From assembly GCA_000993115.1 (NCBI GenBank), contig LBVN01000001.1:19924-83923 (forward strand): 64,000 nucleotides of DNA, in the 5' to 3' direction. Positions 55,430 to 64,000 of the stretch are shown one piece after another. Source of the DNA: Candidatus Woesebacteria bacterium GW2011_GWB1_38_8b. GTDB lineage: Bacteria > Patescibacteriota > Microgenomatia > UBA8517. Numbering within the stretch: position 1 is the stretch's first letter; each line of letters starts with the position of its first letter. The notes under the pieces were generated by a model. That model was given only the letters and a program-made list of their open reading frames with translations, had not been told where the DNA came from and did no database searches. Both the position numbers and the translations under genes were made by a program.

Positions 55430-57829
55430 TTATCCGGAGATTGGTAGAGGTTTTTTCAAAGCAGTTGCCAATACGTCATCAAGCCGATTGAAAAACAAAA
55501 ATTTAATTTCTTTTTTGACCTTATCCGGAACGTCTTCCATGTCTTTTTCGTTATCGGCTGGAAGAATTATTGTCTTTAATCCAGCACGATGGCCAGCGAT
55601 GACCTTTTCTTTAACTCCCCCTATTTCCATAACACGCCCACGAAGAGTAACTTCTCCAGTCATACCTACATATCGCTTAACGGGAATTTTGGTTAAAGCC
55701 GAAACGAGTGCTGTTGAAATTGCAATTCCTGCTGAAGGACCGTCTTTCGGAACCGCACCTTCGGGAACGTGTATATGAACATCCAAATTTCTTCCGAAAT
55801 TTTCTTTTAATCCAAGCTGTTTCCAATGTGACCTTGCCCATGTAAACGCGGCTTGGGCAGATTCTTTCATTACATCACCCAATTGCCCTGTAAGCATAAG
55901 TCTCCCTTTACCGGGCATTAATGCCACTTCAATAAATAAAATTTCCCCACCGGCAGCTGTTACTGCAAGTCCTGTCGAAAGTCCTATTTCATCACTTTTT
56001 TCAGCAATCATTGAAGATACTTTTCTCGGACCTAAGAATTTCCTTATGTCATCTTCCTTTATTGTGGTGGGAAATTTTTTACCTTCCGCAACAAGTCTTG
56101 CTATTTTTCGCAAAGAAGATGCCAAATTCCTTTCCAAATTTCTAACACCTGCTTCTCTTGTATAATGCTCAATCACTTCCGTTAATGCACCCGATGAAAG
56201 CTTAATTTTTTTATTCTCAAGCCCATGAACCCTAAGCTGTTTTGGCCATAAAAACTTTTCTGCAATATTAAACTTTTCATCCTGGGTATATCCGGGGAAA
56301 GAAATTACCTCCATTCTATCCCGCAGTGGCCCGGGAATGTTTTCCAAAACGTTTCCTGTACAAATAAACATAACTTGGGATAAATCAAAAGGGGCTTCCA
56401 AATAATGATCCGAAAATTCTTTATTTTGTTCCGGGTCAAGTGCTTCCAATAAAGCGGAACTTGGATCTCCACGGAAATCTACTCCTAGTTTATCGATTTC
56501 ATCAAGCATAAAAACGGGATTATTTGTTCCGGCATTTTTTATTCCTTGGATAACTCGACCCGGGAGCGCTCCCACATATGTTCGTCTGTGTCCACGAATT
56601 TCAGCTTCGTCCCTAATTCCTCCAAGGGAAACTCTTACAAATTTACGGCCTAAAGACCTCGCAATAGATTTTCCAATCGAAGTTTTTCCTACACCCGGAG
56701 GGCCGATAAAACAAAGAATGGTCGGCATTTGCTGAGATTCTTTTTCATCTTTTTTACTTTTTTGGGATTTCTTACCTTTAATTTTCATGACAGAAAGATA
56801 CTCAAGAATTCTCTCTTTTGCTTTTTTAATTCCGTAATGATCATTTTCCAAAACTTTTGCAGCGTGTTTTATTGAAACATCATTAGGAGAACTTTTACTC
56901 CAAGGCATATCACAAAGCCAATCCAGGTAATTTCTGATGTATCCGCCTTCCGGATTGTTAGGAGACATTTGGGTCAGCCTTTTTAATTCCTTTTCTGCCT
57001 TCTCATGAACTTCTTTCGGCATACCCGCATCTTTAATTTTTTTCTTATATTCTTTCAGTTCTTCTCCGCTTAAATCCCCTTCTTCGATTTCTCCAAGCTC
57101 TTCTTCGATCGTTTTTTTCTTCTCGCGTAGCATCGCTTTGCGCATTTGATCCTCAAATCTTTTTTGGGTTTTTGAAGAAATCGTTTTTTCAAGCTCTAAT
57201 ATATTTACTTCTTTTGACAAATACTCATGGACTTTGTTAAGACGAAGCTTTAATCCGTGGGTTTCGAGAAGCTGTTGTTTTTCGAGAGTTTTGACCTCCA
57301 ACAAAGATGCGACCTGGTCAGCAACTTCAATCGGCTCAATATTTCCCGAAACAAGTCTCATGACCGTCATTATTTCTGCCTGTTTTCCAAGATTCACCGA
57401 TTTTTTAAAGAGGTCTACTAATTTATTGGAAAGAGCTGCCGCTTCCTCACTTTTATCAAGGTCGGGAGCAACTTCTTCAACCCTGCCGATTAAATAAGGA
57501 TCAGTGGAAATAATTTCCAAAAGTTTTGCCCTGACCTGACCTTTGACAACCGCGTGAATTTCTCCCTCCGTTGACATCATCTGAGTAATCGTTGCAATGG
57601 TACCTAATTCATAAAGATCTTCTTTTCCGGGATCTGCGGTTTTGGGGTCTTTTTGTGTAAAAATAGCAACAATCCTATCCTGCTGGAAAGCGGCATTAAC
57701 CGCCTCAACGCTTTTTTTTCTTCCGAATGACAAAACCGCGTCGGTATAAGGAAACACAACTGAGCCTCGAATAGCTACAATGGGGATTTGTCGTGTAACA
57801 ATAGTGTCCTCTATTTTTTCTCCTTCCAT
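55430..57829 (-). CDS. lon: ATP-dependent Lon protease (La); the start is placed at the Met at about 57829 (MEGEKIED...) because the upstream 16 codons of the ORF-track model overlap the CIRCE-like element
   Basis: LON N-domain. AAA+ module GPPGVGKTS with sensor motifs. Proteolytic domain with catalytic Ser in PKDGPSAGIAI and the Lys dyad. Confidence 0.9.
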   Translation of the reverse strand: MEGEKIEDTIVTRQIPIVAIRGSVVFPYTDAVLSFGRKKSVEAVNAAFQQDRIVAIFTQKDPKTADPGKEDLYELGTIATITQMMSTEGEIHAVVKGQVRAKLLEIISTDPYLIGRVEEVAPDLDKSEEAAALSNKLVDLFKKSVNLGKQAEIMTVMRLVSGNIEPIEVADQVASLLEVKTLEKQQLLETHGLKLRLNKVHEYLSKEVNILELEKTISSKTQKRFEDQMRKAMLREKKKTIEEELGEIEEGDLSGEELKEYKKKIKDAGMPKEVHEKAEKELKRLTQMSPNNPEGGYIRNYLDWLCDMPWSKSSPNDVSIKHAAKVLENDHYGIKKAKERILEYLSVMKIKGKKSQKSKKDEKESQQMPTILCFIGPPGVGKTSIGKSIARSLGRKFVRVSLGGIRDEAEIRGHRRTYVGALPGRVIQGIKNAGTNNPVFMLDEIDKLGVDFRGDPSSALLEALDPEQNKEFSDHYLEAPFDLSQVMFICTGNVLENIPGPLRDRMEVISFPGYTQDEKFNIAEKFLWPKQLRVHGLENKKIKLSSGALTEVIEHYTREAGVRNLERNLASSLRKIARLVAEGKKFPTTIKEDDIRKFLGPRKVSSMIAEKSDEIGLSTGLAVTAAGGEILFIEVALMPGKGRLMLTGQLGDVMKESAQAAFTWARSHWKQLGLKENFGRNLDVHIHVPEGAVPKDGPSAGIAISTALVSALTKIPVKRYVGMTGEVTLRGRVMEIGGVKEKVIAGHRAGLKTIILPADNEKDMEDVPDKVKKEIKFLFFNRLDDVLATALKKPLPISG

Positions 57830-57843
57830 GATATTTAAAAGCT

Positions 57844-57870
57844 TTAGCAGTCTATTGCAGCTAGTGCTAA
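57844..57870. promoter_or_regulatory. CIRCE-like inverted repeat (putative HrcA operator) 14 nt upstream of the lon start, overlapping its promoter
   Basis: Minus strand TTAGCACTA-gctgcaata-GACTGCTAA versus consensus TTAGCACTC-N9-GAGTGCTAA (8/9 + 8/9 with a 9-nt spacer). A TTGACA lies just upstream on the minus strand. Confidence 0.5.
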
Positions 57871-57885
57871 ATGTCAAGCACTAAA

Positions 57886-57991
57886 TTATTGCATATCTCT
57901 AGCGAAATCCACAACTTTCAAGTTGTGGATGAAGCTAGAATCCAAACCTGGCGACAAAAACTACGCACTTTAGTGCGTAGCAGTTTATCTT
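57886..57991. repeat. Copy 2 of the intergenic repeat family, between the PAP2 stop and the lon promoter
   Basis: ttattgcatatctctagcgaaatcca[caactttcaagttgtggatgaagctagaatcca]aacctggcgacaaaaactacgcactttagtgcgtagcagtttatctt. The bracketed 31 nt are absent from copy 1 and contain a perfect 9-bp hairpin. Confidence 0.6.
57956..57980 (-). terminator. Rho-independent terminator of the PAP2 gene (palindromic hairpin plus U5 on the minus strand)
   Basis: Minus strand reads ctacgcact aaa gtgcgtag ttttt, starting 5 nt after the PAP2 stop codon. Confidence 0.55.
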
Positions 57992-58470
57992 AGAGCCTTA
58001 AATAAATGCAGCTTTTGAATTGTGTGTGCAACCGCGATCCCAATAAGGCTACCAACTATCACATCGGAAATCGAATGAACGTTACTGAAAATTCTTCCCG
58101 CTGATATTAAGATAGCGCAGGCTATAAAAAATAATCCGGCTTTTTTGTTATGCAAATATACGCTTACCGCCAAAGCAAACGAAATTGCAGCGTGGTTTGA
58201 TGGAAATGAACCATCGCCGGGAATTGTTAATGTAAGTGGTGGTCTTCCGTCAAACTGAAATGGACGAAGTGTCGGAAAAAGCGTTTTTATTAGATAAACA
58301 ATTGAACCGGCAATTATAATTGAAAATATTGCGTGAAGTGCTTGTTCTTTTTTTATTTTACCGTCAATAAACCATAATATCCCAACACCAATAAACATCA
58401 GCCAAATTAATAAACTTGCAACAAAAGTTACGAAAAAAGAATTTTGTGCTGATAGGACTTCTGGATTCAT
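57985..58470 (-). CDS. PAP2-family phosphatase (undecaprenyl-diphosphate / phosphatidylglycerophosphate phosphatase-like)
   Basis: Acid phosphatase motifs (KTLFPTLRP, PSNHAA, SRIFSNVHSISDV) within a 4-6 TM protein. Confidence 0.7.
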   Translation of the reverse strand: MNPEVLSAQNSFFVTFVASLLIWLMFIGVGILWFIDGKIKKEQALHAIFSIIIAGSIVYLIKTLFPTLRPFQFDGRPPLTLTIPGDGSFPSNHAAISFALAVSVYLHNKKAGLFFIACAILISAGRIFSNVHSISDVIVGSLIGIAVAHTIQKLHLFKALR

Positions 58471-58726
58471 GATTTGTTAATTACAATTTTTGCTCAGAAA
58501 TTATTTGTATCAGGATAAAAACTCTTACCCTTTCTCGTCTTTACATATATAGATTATATAGCCAACTCAAAATAAAATAACAGTTTTTCATATAAATGAG
58601 GCTATATATCAATGTTTACAAGTGGTTTCAAAACCTACTTGTACAGACATCTAGAACAGCCTGTAAAACAAAATAAAATCAAACATTTTGTTTTAAACTT
58701 GCTATAGCAGTGATAATATACATACA

Positions 58727-59095
58727 ATGGGACTTAGGCACGATACTGCAAGAAGTTTTAAATATGCATTTTCCGGTATTAAAACCGCTTATAAAAATGA
58801 ACCGAATTTAAGAATCCATACTTTTTTTGCCATATTTGCGATTTCTCTCGGAGCCGCACTTGGAGTCAGTATTATTGAATGGCTCCTTCTTACATTTACA
58901 ATCTTTTACGTCATTACGCTTGAGCTTTTAAATACTGTCCTTGAGGCTATGGTAAATATGGTTAGCCCGGAAATTTCGCCTTATGCTCGGATTGCGAAAG
59001 ATGTATCCGCGGCTTGTGTTCTTCTGGCGGCGTTCATGTCGGTTATTGTAGGATTTGTAATATTCCTCCCAAAAATAATCTCTCTTTTTTACTAA
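58727..59095 (+). CDS. dgkA: Diacylglycerol kinase / undecaprenol kinase family protein (DgkA)
   Basis: Three-TM DgkA fold with conserved SFKYAFSG...NEPN...E.LNTVLEAMVN.V. Confidence 0.7.
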   Translation: MGLRHDTARSFKYAFSGIKTAYKNEPNLRIHTFFAIFAISLGAALGVSIIEWLLLTFTIFYVITLELLNTVLEAMVNMVSPEISPYARIAKDVSAACVLLAAFMSVIVGFVIFLPKIISLFY

Positions 59096-59838
59096 AGGGA
59101 TAAAGCAATAACAATTATTCCAAGCACCAAAGAGTAAACGGCAAAAAACTTAAACCGTCCCTTTTTGATAAATTCCATAACCAGTTTTATTGCAAGTAAT
59201 CCAAAAACAAAAGAAAAAACCAGACCGACCATATAATTTCCGTAATTTATTGAGCTGCTTCCGCCATATTTTAAAAGCTGCAGTAAATTTGCACCCATTA
59301 CTGCAGGCAGTGACAAAATAAATGAAAATTCTGCAACTTTTTCCTTATCAATTCCCAGAACCGATCCAGCAAAAATTGTTGAGCCCGACCGGGAAATTCC
59401 GGGTGAGATTGCTATAGCTTGGGCAATACCAATTAAAAAAGAGTTTTTTAAATTTATTTTGACACCGCGGTTTTTTACAACAGAGATTATATAACTCATT
59501 GCCGCATTAACTAGAAATTCAAATCCTACATATAAAGTACTGGCAAAAAGTTTTTCAAAAATATTATCAAATAAAAGCCCGACAATTACGGCAGGAATTG
59601 TAGCAATAATTAGAAACCAAAAATTATCAAAGATTAAACTAACGAGTTTTTTTCTAAAGTAAATTACAACGGCAACAAGTGTTCCGAAATGAAGTACTAC
59701 ATCAAATAATATTCCCGGTTGGGAAAACCCGGGAAGTATTTTCTGGAAAATTACCAGATGACCGGATGAAGAAACCGGTAAAAATTCAGTCAGACCTTGA
59801 ACAATACCCAAAATTGCCGAATTTACAATTTCCATCAT
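59092..59838 (-). CDS. uppP: Undecaprenyl-diphosphatase UppP (BacA)
   Basis: AILGIVQGLTEFLPVSSSGHL and the second conserved region GISRSGSTI. Confidence 0.85.
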   Translation of the reverse strand: MMEIVNSAILGIVQGLTEFLPVSSSGHLVIFQKILPGFSQPGILFDVVLHFGTLVAVVIYFRKKLVSLIFDNFWFLIIATIPAVIVGLLFDNIFEKLFASTLYVGFEFLVNAAMSYIISVVKNRGVKINLKNSFLIGIAQAIAISPGISRSGSTIFAGSVLGIDKEKVAEFSFILSLPAVMGANLLQLLKYGGSSSINYGNYMVGLVFSFVFGLLAIKLVMEFIKKGRFKFFAVYSLVLGIIVIALSL

Positions 59839-59844
59839 GTTCTA

Positions 59845-60552
59845 CTATATATCAAAAGCAAAACTCTTCCAATTCTCCGGATTTAATTCATTTAATAAAA
59901 CAGCCTTTTTCAAATTATATTTCCCAACTTTAGTCCTTACCAAATCAGACAAATATGCACCAGTTCCGAGTTTTCTCCCTATATCTCGGGCCAAACTTCT
60001 TATATAAGTCCCGGATGAAACTTTAAATTTTACCGTGAGGATGGGAAAATTATATTCCATTAATTTTGTTTCATAAACCGTAATTTCTCTCGGTTTTAGC
60101 ACTACGTCCTTCCCGGCCCTGGCTAATTTATACGCTTCTTTACCCCCTACCTTTATCGCAGAATATATTGGTGGTGTCTGCATTTGCTTCCCCATAAAAC
60201 CCTTTAAAGTAGTACGTATTTTGGAAATTGGAATTTGGGATTCAATTAGAAATTCAGAATTAGAAATTAGTGATTTTCCGTCTGCATCCTCTGTATCCCT
60301 TTCTTCCCCTAAATAAATATCAGCTAAATACTCTTTATCCAACTTTAAAAACCTATCCAAATTTTTTGTTGATTCACGTCCAATTCCTAAAATTAATAGT
60401 CCCGTTGCGTTTGGGTCAAGAGTCCCCGCATGTCCGACCTTGATTCGCCGAAGCCTATGCAAAGGCGATTCATCCATAGAAATAATTTTTCTAACTTTCG
60501 CCACAACACCGTGCGAAGTAATCCCTTTCGGTTTATTAACTAAAATAAACAT
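59845..60552 (-). CDS. truB: tRNA pseudouridine(55) synthase TruB
   Basis: LVNKPKGITSHGVV..VR......KVGHAGTLDPNATGLLILGIG, with the catalytic Asp in GTLDP. Confidence 0.85.
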   Translation of the reverse strand: MFILVNKPKGITSHGVVAKVRKIISMDESPLHRLRRIKVGHAGTLDPNATGLLILGIGRESTKNLDRFLKLDKEYLADIYLGEERDTEDADGKSLISNSEFLIESQIPISKIRTTLKGFMGKQMQTPPIYSAIKVGGKEAYKLARAGKDVVLKPREITVYETKLMEYNFPILTVKFKVSSGTYIRSLARDIGRKLGTGAYLSDLVRTKVGKYNLKKAVLLNELNPENWKSFAFDI

Positions 60553-60577
60553 TAGCTATTTTAACAGATTCAAAAAG

Positions 60578-61333
60578 CTATTCCTCAAACACTATCGATT
60601 CTTGATTTGCTCCCAATTTTCCGAGAATTTCCTGCATACTCTCAACCATTTTCCACGGACCGCAAAGGTAAAAATTTTTGGAGAAATCATTAACGTGTTT
60701 TCTAAGTAAATTCTCGTTTATCCTTCCATACTCATAATCTTGCAATTTCTCCTGCGTCAAAACAAGGATCAAATTGCCTGTAGGAAATATTTTTCTTAAC
60801 TCTTCTTCGTAAATAATATCTCCATGCGTTTTATTTGAAAAAACCAGTTTATTGTTTCCAACTTTTCCCTCAGTCTTAAGCTGCCTGAAAATTGAAATAA
60901 ACGGAGTAATACCGGCCCCTCCTGCAATAAAAATACCTTCTTTCTTATAATGAATCGTTCCGAAAGACTCGCGAAGTATAAGCTCGTCTCCGACTTTTAA
61001 TTTATGCAGTTCCTCTGTCACACCTTTATGATTCGGGTATTGGCTAACAGGGTAACCTTTAATCGTAAATTCCAGATTTTCCCACTGGGGTAAAGAAGTA
61101 AATGTAAATGGATTGTGCTTATCTCTAAAACCATCCTTGTTAATTGCCAGCTCAACCGCTTGACCTGGCGTAAATAAATAACCTGAAGGTTTCTCCACTA
61201 AAAACCGTTTTACATTATGAGTTACTTCGGTAATATCTAAAATCTTTACAACAGATTCCATTTTAAAACTAGTTGTGATGCTCTGTTTTTTCGGCGGTTT
61301 CCGCTTCCTCTTTTGTCGCGTGCACTGTCCCAT
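60578..61333 (-). CDS. FNR-like oxidoreductase FAD/NAD(P)-binding domain protein; the likely start is the Met at about 61261 (MESVVKIL...)
   Basis: FAD-binding beta-barrel. NAD-binding GGAGITPFISIFRQL. C-terminal CGPWKM motif. Confidence 0.65.
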   Translation of the reverse strand: MGQCTRQKRKRKPPKKQSITTSFKMESVVKILDITEVTHNVKRFLVEKPSGYLFTPGQAVELAINKDGFRDKHNPFTFTSLPQWENLEFTIKGYPVSQYPNHKGVTEELHKLKVGDELILRESFGTIHYKKEGIFIAGGAGITPFISIFRQLKTEGKVGNNKLVFSNKTHGDIIYEEELRKIFPTGNLILVLTQEKLQDYEYGRINENLLRKHVNDFSKNFYLCGPWKMVESMQEILGKLGANQESIVFEE

Positions 61334-61658
61334 CAGGGTGATTAGGTGGGGCGTAAACTGTATACAGTTTTAAATCGGCGTCGGGAAGAGCATTAACAAC
61401 ATTATGCGCAGATCCTGCAGGAACAATAACCACATTTTCCTGTCCAGCCTCAATTTCTTCACCATCGATAAAAAATTTTGCCAAACCCTCTTCAACTCTG
61501 AAAAATTGATCCACGCTGTCATGTACTTCCATCCCAATTTCCTCTCCGGGCTTTAGGCTCATTACAACCAATTGCAAATGTTTTCCTGTATATAAAACTT
61601 TTCTGAAGTTGGAATTTTTCTTTGTGTCATCTTCAATATTTGTATGAAATGAACTCAT
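61269..61658 (-). CDS. Cupin domain protein
   Basis: Cupin motifs G(X)5HxH-like (KPGEEIGMEVHDSVDQFF...) and G.N.V.VPAGSAHNVVN. Confidence 0.6.
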   Translation of the reverse strand: MSSFHTNIEDDTKKNSNFRKVLYTGKHLQLVVMSLKPGEEIGMEVHDSVDQFFRVEEGLAKFFIDGEEIEAGQENVVIVPAGSAHNVVNALPDADLKLYTVYAPPNHPDGTVHATKEEAETAEKTEHHN

Positions 61659-61803
61659 ATAATCACCTCCACCTAAGAGATAACTCCGAAGGAGTATCTC
61701 ATGGTGCTACATTTGATGGCATAGCCTATCAAATTGTAGCTCTCAACTTGGTTTTAACTAACCGAGACCTTCAAACATTATAGTACATATGCTAAATTAA
61801 AAT

Positions 61804-63033
61804 ATGGGACTTAAATTTCGTAAAAATAAAATCGCAAGTGCAAAACTCCCCAAAGACAAGCATATTTTTGTAATCCTATTTTTAATTGCTGCAATTGGAG
61901 CAATGTTATTTCTATATTATGGCAAAATTCAATCGCTACAGAGTAGCTTGTCCAGCGCATATTCCGAAAAAGATAAAAATTACCAAGAGCTCACAAAAAT
62001 TGCTACTGACCTCGATACTCTAAAAAAAGAATATGACACCTTAAAAAACGAGGATCAGAAAAAGAAAAATGATGAACTTAAAAAAAATATAGATGAGATT
62101 GAAAAAACTTATGACAGGGCAGTTGGAATTTATGAAGATATTTTAGCTCTTAAAGAAAAGGGTGGAAAAACCACTGAGCTTGATAAATTATTTGCTGAGA
62201 GCTTAAAACAATTATCCGATCAAAAATATGCTGATGCAGATAAAACTTTAACTACACTCGCTACAAAAATAAAAGAGGAGGAAACAAAATTTGCGGCTAC
62301 ATTCACAATTCCTGCTAACGTTGCTGCAAGTAATACTCCTCCGGGAACGGGATATTCAAGGCAAACCGTTTCAACGGACTCGGGAAATTTTATGGTTTCA
62401 ATGGTCGCAGGTGACTTGGGATCAACTAAAGTAATTGTCGATACCGCATCGGACTCAGACTGCAGCAATAATTGTCCTGTTCTTCCTTTAGCAACTTATG
62501 TTTCCAGAAGCGGTGCATACGCCGGAGTTAATGGGAGTTATTTCTGCCCGGCAAGTTATCCGACATGCGCCGGCAAAACCAATACTTACGACCTGCTTCT
62601 TATGAACAAAAACAAAAATTATTTTAATTCCGACAATAATGTTTACAGTAATAACCCCGCAGTAATTTTTGGTGGAAGTTATGTTAGATTTGTGGGTGCT
62701 GCTTCATCCTGGGGCAGGGATACGGGAATTGATAGTATGATTTCGAATTACCCACTCCTGGTGTCGGGGGGAAATATAGCCTCAGGAAGCGCAAGTGACC
62801 CGAAAATGACAAGTAAAGGAGCGAGAAGTTTTGTCGCCAATAAAGGAAATACTGTTTACATAGGTGTTGTTCATAGCGCAACAGTACCCGAATCGGCAAA
62901 AGCCCTAAAGGCCTTGGGTATGGAAAATGCCCTTAATTTGGACGACGGTGGTTCAACCGCTTTATGGTCAGGGGGTTACAAAGTTGGTCCCGGACGGGAA
63001 CTTCCAAATGTAATACTTTTTATTAAGAGGTAG
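61804..63033 (+). CDS. Membrane-anchored coiled-coil protein with a C-terminal phosphodiester-glycosidase-like (DUF2233) domain
   Basis: N-terminal TM, then a Lys/Glu-rich coiled coil. C-terminal VNGSYF...NYPLLVSGG...NLDDGGSTALWSGGYKVGPGRELPNVILF resembles the DUF2233/NAGPA-like family. Confidence 0.45.
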   Translation: MGLKFRKNKIASAKLPKDKHIFVILFLIAAIGAMLFLYYGKIQSLQSSLSSAYSEKDKNYQELTKIATDLDTLKKEYDTLKNEDQKKKNDELKKNIDEIEKTYDRAVGIYEDILALKEKGGKTTELDKLFAESLKQLSDQKYADADKTLTTLATKIKEEETKFAATFTIPANVAASNTPPGTGYSRQTVSTDSGNFMVSMVAGDLGSTKVIVDTASDSDCSNNCPVLPLATYVSRSGAYAGVNGSYFCPASYPTCAGKTNTYDLLLMNKNKNYFNSDNNVYSNNPAVIFGGSYVRFVGAASSWGRDTGIDSMISNYPLLVSGGNIASGSASDPKMTSKGARSFVANKGNTVYIGVVHSATVPESAKALKALGMENALNLDDGGSTALWSGGYKVGPGRELPNVILFIKR

Positions 63034-63523
63034 CGTGAGAGGAAAGATAAGCATCAACTTCTGCAACAATATCTTTTGGTTTATAGTTGGCTTTGAGTAA
63101 ATATTCGTTTGCACCCGCTGCGACAACTTCATCGATAACCACTTTGTCATCATTGTTGGTTAAAATAAATACAGGTGTTGTAGTATTGTGATTTTGGGTT
63201 GAGCGGATCTTTTTTAAGATATCAACTCCACTCATGTCGGGTAGCATCATGTCCAATAAAATTACACTGAAGGGTTCTTTTTCAAGTAAGCTTTCTGCCA
63301 AGTTACCATTATCGGTTGTCGATACTTCGTATCCGGCGCCTTGAAAAGCTCCGTCGTAAAGCTTGCGGATAAAAAAATCGTCTTCAACTATAAGTACTTT
63401 TTTCACTCGTAGGTACATCATATTATTAATATTTTTGAAACACAAGAACAAGTTATTTGCATCCAAAGTAGTGATATAATTTGCTTTCGGATATGAAACA
63501 GGTTTTTTTCGATGTCGAAACAA
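63023..63523 (-). CDS. Single-domain response regulator (CheY-like receiver); the likely start is the Met at about 63421 (MMYLRVKKVLIVEDD)
   Basis: VLIVEDD with the phospho-acceptor Asp in ILLDMMLPDMSG, and a conserved K in the LLKANYKP region. Confidence 0.7.
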   Translation of the reverse strand: MFRHRKKPVSYPKANYITTLDANNLFLCFKNINNMMYLRVKKVLIVEDDFFIRKLYDGAFQGAGYEVSTTDNGNLAESLLEKEPFSVILLDMMLPDMSGVDILKKIRSTQNHNTTTPVFILTNNDDKVVIDEVVAAGANEYLLKANYKPKDIVAEVDAYLSSHATS

Positions 63524-64000
63524 AAAAATTATTTAACGAAATTCCCGACCAGGATCCGGGAAAACTTGAGGTTTCGGTAGTGTCTCTTTATTCAAGAACA
63601 GTGGATGAGGAGCAAAATGAAATTGAAGGAGAAATGCTGTCTTTTTGGGAGTCTGATTTTGATAAAATGTGGCCTTTTTTCCAAAACACCCAAAGAATTA
63701 TCGGATTTAATTCATTGAATTTTGATGTCCCTGCACTTCAACCTTATGCAGCTTTTCCTTTCAAAAAACTTCCTCATTTTGACATTATGGAAAAGTTTAA
63801 AAATAAATTAGGGCATAGGATTAGTCTTGATGCTATCGCAAAAGAAACTTTAGATAGGCAAAAAATTGATTCGGGGTTGGACGCGGTTTATTACTGGCGC
63901 AAAGGTAATAAGGAAAGCTTAGATAAACTAAAGCGCTACTGTGAAGACGACGTAAAAATTACACGGGATATTTACGATTTTGTTGTAAAGAGAGGATATC
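63492..64000 (+). CDS. DnaQ-like 3'-5' exonuclease (DEDD family), partial; runs off the window end
   Basis: ATG at about 63492. Exo I motif FFDVETKKLF and exo II-like IIGFNSLNFDVPAL. Not in the ORF track because it is truncated by the window end. Confidence 0.5.

Noticed and set aside
57830-57877. Lon N-terminal extension (MTFSTSCNRLLKLLNI) from the ORF track
   Set aside because: These codons overlap the CIRCE-like operator and the predicted promoter. The downstream Met (MEGEKIED) aligns with Lon N-termini, so the shorter model is used.

Overview
The window is from a low-GC bacterial genome. Its housekeeping genes (secA, lysS, a disrupted serS, greA, lon, truB, rarA, uppP) are compact and diverged, which is reminiscent of a Patescibacteria/CPR-like organism, but that taxonomy is an inference. 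It contains three main blocks. (1) 1..3434 is the right end of an integrative element: hypothetical cargo genes, an Xis-like HTH gene and a large serine recombinase. The recombinase stop abuts the 3' end of secA with no gap. (2) 8143..41829 is a ~34 kb co-directional supercluster on the minus strand that looks like a cellulosome-like system. Thirteen Sec-secreted proteins each end in an almost identical two-segment calcium-binding dockerin-like module (DANGDGKVDGADYVIWLNHYNQN...NGDFNNSGKVDGADYVIWLNNY). They carry varied polysaccharide-active-looking domains: glycoside-hydrolase-like TIM barrels with a CBM4/9-like module, GHL10-like, two right-handed beta-helix proteins, one heparinase-II/III-like lyase, one DUF5060/GH5-like, three tandem ~1000-aa PQQ beta-propeller paralogues and two paralogues of unknown fold. 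Five cohesin-like proteins accompany them: a scaffoldin-like protein with two cohesins, an X-like module and a divergent dockerin; an adaptor with cohesin plus a third, Cys-flanked dockerin type; and membrane-anchored cohesins with C-terminal TM helices. An ABC exporter gene sits at the head of the cluster. (3) 43817..64000 is a housekeeping region: rarA, a mazG-like gene, a serS with an internal deletion and frameshift (probable pseudogene), an HD hydrolase, lysS, greA with a long leader carrying an attenuator-like terminator, an LCP-family gene, tspO, tRNA-Glu(CTC) with a 20-bp direct repeat of its 3' end 1.3 kb away flanking an AT-rich islet, lon preceded by a CIRCE-like inverted repeat, an undecaprenyl-phosphate recycling trio (PAP2, dgkA, uppP), truB, an FNR-like oxidoreductase, a cupin, a DUF2233-like protein, a response regulator and a partial DnaQ-like exonuclease. 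A short repeated intergenic element occurs three times; its hairpins differ in sequence but keep the pairing, and two copies end in a palindromic terminator hairpin. Coordinates of features I read from the printed sequence may be off by 1-2 nt.
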